A DNA stretch of 64,000 nt from Podarcis vaucheri. Its lineage: Eukaryota. Every line of letters starts with the position of its first letter. Position 1 is the stretch's first letter. A model generated the notes under the pieces. The model had not been told where the DNA came from and searched no databases. It worked only from the letters and a program-made list of their open reading frames with translations. The stretch is from assembly GCA_965113315.1 (NCBI GenBank), contig OZ220363.1; one strand, written 5' to 3'. The position numbers and the translations under genes are program-made. Of this stretch, positions 26,797 through 36,900 are shown in pieces.

Positions 26797-27249
26797 GGTC
26801 GGAACTTCTGCGCGAAGTAGAGCTCAGGAGGCCTCTTCTACTTCAGCCGCCGCCATCATGGATCGAAGCAGAGGTTGCCGCCTCTTCCTCCTCCTCCTCC
26901 TCCTGGCTCTGCCGCCGCCGCTGCTGCTGCTACCGCCGCGACCTCTGACCTCTCTCTGGGCCTCAGCGGTAGGCCCAAGGAGACTGGCCGGGCGCATGCG
27001 CCATGCTATCTTTAAGCGAACTAAAAAAAAAACACGCACGAGTTTGCGCGTGCGCAGAAGTTACGAGCGTCGTCGTCACTTCTCGAGTAAAAGTTGCTTC
27101 TTTCGCTAAGGCTTGTCGACGGCGGAGAAAGCCAGCCAGCCGTCGCCGTGATGACGTAGGGATTCCCCCCTCGTCGCTCCTGTTCCTCCCCCCTCCTCCC
27201 GTCGCGCAGTTTTTTTTTTTTCTTTTTGCGTGCTGCGTGCTTGCGTCAG

Positions 27250-27502
27250 GCGGACCGTGGCGCGGCTGATCTGGTTCCCGCCATCTGCCCTTTCCACTAA
27301 GCTAAGAGGAGGCCGGGCCGCGGTGGGTCGAGCCAGGCCGGCGCCGGGGCTAAAGTGGAGAATAACCCCGAAGTAGGAAGGAAGGAAGGAAGCGGCAGCA
27401 GCGGCGGCAGCAGCAGCAGCAGGGAGACAACGTCCAGGCCGGGACTGGTCTGTGAGGAAGCGGGAGGTGGAAGGGAAAGCCACCACCCGCCCGCCATCGC
27501 CG
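27250..27502 (+). other. USP37: Probable non-coding first exon of USP37 (start approximate)
   Basis: Consensus donor CG|GTGAGT at 27503 inside the CpG island; a second at 27526. Confidence 0.6.
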
Positions 27503-29367
27503 GTGAGTGCGCCCGGGCAGTGGCGGTGAGTCTTGGGGCTTCCTCGGAGCGGCTGACTGCGGGCGAGGGCACGAGGGAGCCCCATTGGTACTCGCGGAGC
27601 AGGGAAGGGTCGGGGGCGGCTGTGCGTGGGCGGCGGCCGGTCGGCCGTGGAGGCGGAGGTGGGGTCTCCGTAGCTGCTGAGGGGGGGGGGTCGTTGCGCC
27701 TCAGCGTCTCTCTCTCTCTCCCTCTCTCCCCCGCGCCCTTGACCTTAGCCTGGCCCCTTTCGCTTCCTCAGGCCCAGCCGGCTGGCCGCTCTCCGACTAC
27801 GGTGCGGCTGCTCCAAAGCTGACCCTCGGCCCTCCTCCCTCTGTTGCCTTCCCCCCGCTGGTTTAGCTGCCTCTCCCAGGCGTACCCAAGGCCCCAAGAC
27901 GTAGCGGCCGGTCGGGTAGCCAGCTAGCCAGATTACTAGCTTTGCCCCAGGCAGCACGTAGAGATAGGACGAGAGCTTCTCGTGAGGAATTTCTGCCTGC
28001 CGGGCTGTTCGCAAACACGACAAAGGTTAAAAACAACGCAGCGTCGGCAACTAGCGCCGTCCTCTTCTTCGGTTGCTTTCCCGCTCCTGCTCTGTTCCTC
28101 CTGGGATTGTTCACGTCTCCCTTCTGAATTGTAGACTTGGCTGGTTTTAACTTTGTCCCGCTGATCAGAAATTTACTTGCAAGGGTCCAGCAGCCACTTT
28201 CCAAGTCAGTGTACCAGATGCTGTACAGTATTCAGGTGACTGGGTTCCTGCTTGCTTTTCAGTGAAAGCATTCACAAATGCAACAAAGTTTGGTTAGGAA
28301 ATGATAGTAGGGGCACAGATCTCCATTAGGGCTCCACCATGTCTTTCACCACCGTTTCTTTGTTTGCCTTGAACTCTTTGCTGAGGTGATATATGTGTTG
28401 AAAATCCACCAAACATTCTTTACTGTTGCCCTTGCACGTACACTGTTTGCCCTAAACAGTTGTTGTAGATTATGATCTGTATGGAACAAGTGGTTCCTAT
28501 TTTGTGGAAATAGGCCGGGCTGAAAACTTCAATGTCTCTTGTACCAGTTAAAATAATGGATTGTAATGCTGTTATATTTAGAACATTAAGGCTCCTGATT
28601 GTCTTTTTGAATGCTGTGGAGTGTAGGCACTTTTTGTGGATAGTTCTAGTGCATTTAAGGATTTACACTCCATTTTTTTCGGTATGTGCTCACTTATTGT
28701 GCAATTTTGTACATGCCTGCTCTGAAGTACCATAAGTCCCACTGAATTCAGTGATGCTTACTCCTAAGTAAGGATTGCAGCTTTAATTTTTCATTTTTAT
28801 TTGTTAAATACACATATCAGGTTTTATGGTTCCAGAAGGCTCTCAAAGTAACTTGCAGAATTTACAATTAAATAAAATGCTAAAGAAACAGCTGTTTATA
28901 GTACATGCTGATATACTCAAATTATAATAATGAACCAGACAAGTAAGAAGACAGGACTTGGTACATGTTCCCTTAACATATTTTCACTGAACTTTATGTA
29001 GTTGGGTTTCAAGTTGGGTGACTAAACATCTGGAAGTTGTCTCCCCCCCGAAATTGGGGATACACCCCTAACTTTTAGGGAACTGTCATCATTGAATTTT
29101 AAAACATTAATGGTATTTATAGGGCAGTCACATTTGTGCAACAAGGAATCAGTTCAGTTTTTGCAGCTTGAGAGCATGCAGTGGTTTTAACCACCATGGC
29201 GTGTGGCTAACAAGAGCTAGTAGGGAGTGGTGAATGCATCATTGCATCAGGAGAAATTTCCCACTGCCTTGAAGGATGCAATGTTATGAGCCGTGTAAAA
29301 GCCCTCTCTGGACTCCTTGTCAGTCACAAACCTTTTTGGGCAAGATGCCTGAGAGGGGGGTGGCCGC

Positions 29368-30350
29368 TCAGCTGCAAATGCTCATGAAAGAGACTGGTTA
29401 TCTTGATCACTTTTAGTCTTGTTTCAGACCTGTTTGGGACTAAAATTGCTTTGGTCACCCTGATAGATTACCTCTCGAAGTGAGGCAGAGTAGTGTGACC
29501 TTGCTGAGTCTGCTGGATTTCTCAGTGGCTTTGGTTTAGTGGAGGATATGATTTTGCACTGGTTGTACTTCAACTTATGGGACAGTACTAGAGAGGTGCA
29601 GTGTTAGAAACTAAGATATGAAAGCCAGGAGCTAAATGGCACCTTAAACCTAGGTTATGGGCGCAACAACAGTATGTCAGGCGAGCTTTTTTAAAAACAA
29701 GAAAACAAAGCTGAAAATGAATGAACTGCAGCTAAAATATTATGTTCATTTTTCACATGGTCTTGTCCTTCCCCTGCCCACCCACTAATTATTAGCGTGT
29801 CTCTTCTCCAGTCTTCAGAGAGTAGCTGGAAGTGGGGAGGCAGAAAAAGTTCCTCCTTTCCTTCCACTCTGTAGTTTTAATCTGAAATCTTAGGCACAGT
29901 GCTGTTTCCTGTTGCAAAATGCGCCTAGAACAATGGGAGTTTCGAACACTGGAGGGGTGGTATTGCAATACGTTGCTCATCCGCATGGAAGTTAATCCAT
30001 GGAGTTCTTCAGGAAATTGAGTGCCACCAATATGTGGATGACTTTGAGCTTTACTTACATTAGTCAGTTGGGGTTGCAAGTTCTGGACCCATTGCCTGTA
30101 ATGGACTGGGTGAGGGCAAACTGAATTGAAGTTGAATCCTGCTAAGACATGAGATGCTGTGGCTTGTTGGTTCCAGGAATTAGGGGAATTACCTCTTGAT
30201 GGGGTTTATACTGCCCTTGAAGGAGCAGGTGCATTGACTGGGCGTACCCTGGATATAAATCTCTCACTGGAGGCACAGGTATCTTCAATGGCACAGAGTG
30301 CCTTTGTTCAGCTGCAGTTGATGCAGCAAATACAACCAAAGGAGAGCTTG
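29368..30350 (+). mobile_element. Degraded L2-clade LINE RT fragments (about 29368-29532 and 30010-30350)
   Basis: Remnants of SGFRP/TALV/LLDFSVAF and CHQYVDD...KLNP.KT...LSLEAQVSSMAQSAF. Confidence 0.7.
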
Positions 30351-30841
30351 GCCACAGTGATTACGGTAGCAGTGTGACCTGCTGTACATGGAAACTTGAA
30401 GAGTTCCCAAGTTTCCCTAGAAAGATGTTGGTCTGTATGCCTGTTGCATCAACTTCAGCAGTGGCTAAAATGTGGATGGTGCTAATAAATTGACAAGTGT
30501 TATCAAGTTTAATTCCATACTCTATTGTGTCTTTTTTTGTGTGATACCTGTTCTCAATTACCTACTTCGATTTTTTAAAAAAAGACTTAAGTAACGTAGA
30601 GCAGATTTAATAATCTCTGGGAGACCAATACTCATATTTCAAAAAGTCCATGCACACTGAGTACATACCCTGAAAGATGAGATAACAATCTGTAAAAATA
30701 ATATAACTCTTTGATTTAAAACAGTTGCTTAGTTTTGAAGATGGTTATTGAGAAGCTGCTAATTTCGTTCCTTTCTTTCTAAAACAGGATTTGTGTTTAA
30801 AAGCAAACTTCATTATTTTCATAGACTAGTTGTATGAAAAC

Positions 30842-30997
30842 ATGGCTCCACTGAAATTACGTGGGACTATTCGCTTGCGCAGCATACAGACTGGGACTAC
30901 AAAATGGAAAGAAGGGACATTCGAAATAGTTGATAAGGATAGCAAAGTGACTCTGGCGGTTCACTACAATGCTGGAGGAATGCCAAAGATTTTTCAG
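30842..30997 (+). CDS. USP37: USP37 coding exon 1 (MAPLKLRGTIRLRSIQTG...PKIFQ)
   Basis: aacATGg Kozak context; 156 nt; donor at 30998. Confidence 0.95.
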
Positions 30998-33900
30998 GTA
31001 CCTCAGAATCTCAAAGGCCTTTTGTTTTGAAGTTGTGCAGGAGCTGCATGCCTCTGAACAACTGTCCTTTTAAAGTCCATTTAGCTGTCACTTGAACTTT
31101 CCTTAGAGACTTATTCTTTTTTCTTCTTTCTAGAACACTGATCCTACTGTATTACACTGTGAATTATTGAGGTGTACTGTTCAATGTACAGTGGTACCTC
31201 GGGTTACATACGCTTCAGGTTACATATGCTTCATGTTACAGACTCCGCTAACCCAGAAATAGTACCTCGGGTTAAGAACTTTGCTTCAGGATGAGAACAG
31301 AAATCGTGCTCCGGCGGCGCGGCAGCAGCAGGAGGCCCCATTAGCTAAAGTAGTGCTTCAGGTTAAGAACAGTTTCAGGTTAAGAACGGACCTCCAGAAC
31401 GAATTAAGTACTTAACCCGAGGTACCACTGTACTCGTAGAGCAAGGATGATTTTAAAAAACAACAACTAAACCTTGTGAGAAAATAATACCTAGATGTTT
31501 CATTATTTAGTTATTTAGAATATTTTAATCCTGTTTTGTGGCTCCTAGAGGCCCTCAAGCTGGCTTACAAAAGATTTTCAATGAGATAAAATATTTTAGG
31601 TATTAGGATACTACTGGCACTGGTAGTAAATAAAAGTTTATTTGTTGTCTGTTTCATTTTCTGCTGGTTATAATATTGAAAATTCTTAATGTAGATTCAT
31701 TGTTAGATTATTTCTCTGTATACACTCTTCCCATAATTAGCTGTGAGTCATAGTGGCATTTTAGATTCATGGGGATTTTGTATCCAAGGCTACAGTCTTA
31801 TCACACTAATCTGGGAGTAAGCCCCAATGGCCACAGTAGCTCCTGCATAAGATTTCACTTCATGTCTAGCTGGCTGCTGGTGCACAACTCATCTCTTTTC
31901 TTCTATTTACAACGTTTATATGTAGTCTAGTCTGGAAAGATAACCAGCATTGCTGCTATTGCTTTTGGGGGGAAGAAATTCTAGAGACTAAAACAAATTT
32001 ATTATGGTTTAAAAGTCCTTCATAAATGGAAACTAAAATTTTCTTTAGTAAGTGTTTTTTGTTATATTCACTATCCTTAATGTGTACATATAAGTGTTTC
32101 AAAATTGAAAAGATAGGAGCTGAGGGAATTGTTTTTAAAAGTGTTCTGAGTAGGAATTGTTTACTGGTGTGGGATAGCATATGAACATACATAGTCTTTG
32201 TCAGTGTGAAGCATATTTAAATGTGTCTTTCTTAGTATGGAAATATGTATCTTTTAAACTATCCATATGATACTTACTGTTTTACAGCTAAACCATAATA
32301 TAAAAAATGTGACTGTGCGACCAAGTAGAGGGAAACTGTGTTCCTTGATTATATCATTAAACGATAATAGTTACCTGACAGTGGATAAAATATCACCTAA
32401 GGATGCAGAGGAAATGAAGCAGTTTCTGGAAGCTGTTCAAAATGGAGTTCATACAGGTTAGTGTTAATTGTAGATTTAGAGTGTGGGGAAATGACTTCAC
32501 TACTTGTTTAGGCTAAAATCAACTTTTATAAACAAAGTCTACTGTTAGTGAAAAAATAAAATGCTAGTAAAACTTCTTGTATATACATTTAAAAATCATA
32601 AAATGGTGTATTTTTGTTGTAGCTGTGAAATCATCCCAAGGGTCTGGCAGTTTTGGTGTTCTGGGCAGTAGAACCACACAGAAGGATTCTAATAGGCAAT
32701 TCCCATATATTGAAAACCAGGTATTTTAATCTGTTTCCTTCTTTACTTATGCTCCTTTTTCTTTATCTGCTGTATACAATAAATACTATCTGTCCACATA
32801 TTTAGTAGTGATAAATGGGGAAAAATTGAATTTGTGTATTTAATAATCTTTAATATCTCCTGATAAATTTCATTCCAAATAAAACAGCCTGTGGTCATTC
32901 CCACCAGATATGGAAAAAGTCCCTTTATTCCCACGGGTTGATGATTTCACTGATCTCAAAGGTTAAAACTATCTTATACAGAATACAGTAACTTTGCTTC
33001 CCGTCCTTCTGCCCCAAATTGTTGCACCTAAGAGAGATTAGGCAGAACCTTCTTGGTGTCTGTCGGGAAGAACAAAAGACTTTATTATTTCATTCATCTA
33101 TTCAGGGAAGACATTTCTAAGTTCACCTTCAGTAGGTGGGTCTGTCAGCCTTGGCTACCAGTTTCAACTTCTTCCAATCCCAGAAGGTCTCTTGTCCTGC
33201 TCAGTGTGGGGAGCAGCCATATTGGTGGCCTCTGACACATATGCTTTCCTTTTCCTGAAGTTTCAGATCAATTTAGAATGTCACATGGGACACATTTGGG
33301 GCAATTGTTTCTAAATTTTGTCTTCGAACTAGAAGGAGACAGCCCCCCTGCCCACCAAGAGTGGAGATAGGAAGTTTAGTGTAGCCCTTCGTCTGGAGAC
33401 TGATGGGTGGAGTCACTCGCAGGATGCTTTTCCATCTCCAAGGAGAAGGAACACTCATGATAAGTTCAAGGTTCCGTTTCAGGCCACTGTTCTTAAAGAA
33501 TATATATTGCTTCTGACTCTGTAGCACTTGTAGTCTAGTCCGCCAAATAAAGGAATAGTAGTAAGAGGCTGATTGAGACTAAATCTGAATACCACACCTG
33601 TATCTTAACTTTATTTGGACGGTAAGGAGGTGCCTCCTAAGATCTTGTTCTTCAAACTGTTCTACTATTCTTTTTGCTTTTCATTTAAAATATGCAACCC
33701 GGCCAAAGAGGATTTCTGGTGTGAGGTGGTTACATACAGCCAGGCATCTAGTTAGCCTACACAGGTAGTCTAGCAGGTTGGGATCCTATGCGTGAATCAG
33801 TGACTGCAGTGAAGTCTGCTATCATGGCAAATTGAAATATGGCTACTGCAGTAAAATTATGGCAGCTGCTTATAAGTTCTGTATGAAAGTGCCAGTTACT

Positions 33901-36900
33901 ACAGATGTAATCCATATGCAGTGTTTGCTGGGTTGCCAGGTGGCCTGCTGATTGCATATGTGCCACTGACTCTCTAAAATGGGTCCATGATTTGAAATAC
34001 AGTATGCTTCTGTTTCTGATTCTCATAGACTCCTTCAAAAAAAGGGATTGTAGAAAATAAAGATGAAACTCAACTTCGTAAGGTGCTGGGCAACCCAGGA
34101 AGGGCATCCATTAAGAATTCTTCAGTAACTGGAACGCCTGGCTACCGAGTTACCATTTCTAGTCCTTCTGCTGCTTCAACACCTCACAGAACAGGGCTGT
34201 TGGAAAACCGGTATGAAAATAAACTTTTAAGGCACTGCAGCCTTTGATATGCATTCATTAAAACATGAATAGCTTTGAACATAGTATTAGTAAACTGCTT
34301 TTCCATGTCTTTATTAACACTCTTTGGAAAATGTACTAAAAGCTTTAACTCTAAACTAGCTGGAAGGCAGTTAACCATTTTTGCATTTTATGATAAGGTT
34401 TATGGAGGTTGCATGAGAATGTGAGTTGGGCTCACATTGTTTCCCTGTTGACTAAAGGATTTCTCCCCCTTAATAAAACAGTGAAAGAAGGAAAAGGACA
34501 CCACCTACCTCCGAGATGAATGAAGATTACCCAAAAGAGAATGATTCATCAACGTATGTTGTTATGGTTCTTACTTTTTATTCCCCTCCCCCCACATTAA
34601 TTCTGTTGAAAAAAGCTCCTTAATCTCTCTTCACTCTTATTTCATAATGCCTCGCAAACATGAAGCACTTGAAAATTGTAATGATTCAGAAATATGGAAT
34701 GTTGTATGTTTTTAATTTGGTATGCCAGTTAAAAATGTTCTTCATAGTTGCCCTTCATGGTGATTACTGAATGAGTGATTTGAATCTAATGGTCTTTTAT
34801 AATTTTACTATTAAAATGTAAGTCTAGATTATTATTTTTTTAGCATCAATGAGTGTAGTTATGGTATTTTTAACAATTTGTATTGCTGTGGTTGCCAGTG
34901 GAATCAGTGGCATCCTTGAGGACTTCCCCTGAGACCCACAAAGTCTTTGTACCTTCTCCTCACTCCTGCAAACTATATAGAGCTTAAAATGGAAGTTAGA
35001 AGAGCAACACCCTTTCCTTTTAATTTAAGCTCTCTGGTTTTTCAAAGTTATGAATAGGCACCTAAGCAGCTGATCAGAAAGAAGAGTGACTGAGTAGGAT
35101 AAAGGGAGTGTTCTGTGAGAATATGAGTTGGAGAGAGCACAGATGGGGAAGAGCGCTGTTGCAGTCAGGACCTGCTTGTGGACTTCTTAGAAGCATTTTG
35201 TTGGCCACTGTGAGACCAGAATGCTGGACCAGATGGATCATCGTTCTCATCCAGCAACACTTCCTATGCTTTTAAGTTCTAGATGGGAAGAAGAAAGTGG
35301 GATCCTATATGAGTCAGGAGGGAGAGCATGCCAAAGAGAAAAAGAATGGACGTTAGAAGTAATGTGCACGCACACACAAGTTGGATCTACAGAAATGATT
35401 CTCTTGAAATTGTTTTATGATTTTTCAGGAGCCCCCCAAACCACAGGTATCTGTGTCCATTCACTAAAACATAAAAATCATGTTGCAGATACAGTGGTTC
35501 CTCGCAAGACGAAAATAATTCGTTCCGCGAGTCTTTTCGTCTTGCGATGTTTTTCGTCTTGCGAAGCACGGTCCGTCGCAACTGCGCCTCTTCAAGCGGC
35601 TTTAAGAAAAAAGTGCAAGACGTTTTCGTCTTGCGAAGCAAGCCCATAGGGAAATTCGTCTAGCGAAGCAGCGCAAAACCGAAAAACCCTTTCGTCTAGC
35701 GAGTTTCTCGTCTTGCGAGGCATTCGTCTTGCGGGGCACCACTGTATGTTGCAAAAACATGGATCAGAGGCACAGATCCTTATAAATCCTTATAATTTTT
35801 ACAATGTATCTCCTCAAAATTACAGTCATATCATAGGTCACCTTAGTGTCCAGAGGTGTGTTTCATTTTTCGTTATCATATCCTATACACAAATCATAAA
35901 TGCCTATGCATTGGGTCATTATTTTTGTGGTGCTAGCAGTTTCTGGATCTCTGACTTTAGTTTTAGTTTTTAATTATTGTGTGCTCTCCCATTGTAAACT
36001 GCAATTTGATGCTTTTTTTTGGTAAAACCATGCAAATTCAAGAGGATCCGTTTTAGTTCCAGTAGGTCTGACATTTACTCAGACCCTACGGAAAAGCAGA
36101 AGTTTGTGTGTACACACCGTCTGTCTGAGGGAGTGGTGGGGAGACAAGTGAGCAGACAGGCTGGTGTACCCAGCACCGTCTCAAAATTCCATATGGGCCC
36201 CCAAAATTTGACAGCCCCCGAATAGTATACAGTGGTACCTCCGGTTATGAATTTACCGTATTTTTTGCCCCATAAGACGCACCTAGTTTTTAGAGGAGGA
36301 AAACAAGAAAAAAAATATTCTGAACAAAACAGTGGGTGTATGCTTTTTGTGGTTCATGCTGTGGCCACAGACATGATATGTGATTTGACGGTGAGTTTGG
36401 GGTGACCCAATGCAAAAATCCTGAGGATCCATGTAGATCCGTGCTTTGTAACCACGTTTTTGCACCATTGTGGCCCCACGAAACAATGGATGTGTGGATT
36501 TTTGGTGCAGGCTGTAGCCATGGACATGCTATGTGATCTGATGGTGAATTTGGGGTGAGATTTTAGGGAACTTGTAATGGTGGTTAATAAATGTAAACCA
36601 AGGGAAGTGGTGTACAATATTGTTTTACATAACTTATTTAAAGTTATATGGGTTTATCTGCAGCAATAACAAAGCCATGACTGATCCAGCACGGAAATTC
36701 TTATATAGCAGCAGGGAAAAACAGATGAGCTTGAAACAGACTGAGGAGAATAGGACATCAGGTAAAAAAATGATACTGTTTTTGACCATCTTGTACAATG
36801 GCTAACTAGTTAAAACTAAACACATTTTGTTTTTATTTAGAAAACTGAGCTTCTAAAAGTCTCTGTATAATGAAATTATCTTTGTTCTCACTTGAGGAAC

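Larger units (their letters stand above)
26500..28130. promoter_or_regulatory. CpG island; CNOT9/USP37 bidirectional promoter
   Basis: Abrupt rise in GC and CpG; NRF1-type GCGCATGCGC 26992-27001 and TGCGCGTGCGCA 27045-27056; CRE-like TGACGT 27152; YY1-like CCGCCATCT 27278; CNOT9 ATG on the left and USP37 donors on the right. Confidence 0.9.

Noticed and set aside
26532-27822. Several 100-160 aa ORFs across the CpG island
   Set aside because: Low-complexity translations expected from stop-poor GC-rich DNA; no recognisable domain
35492-35744. CRISPR-like repeated motif array
   Set aside because: Vertebrate context; short, irregularly spaced repeats bounded by TIRs and a TA TSD indicate a MITE
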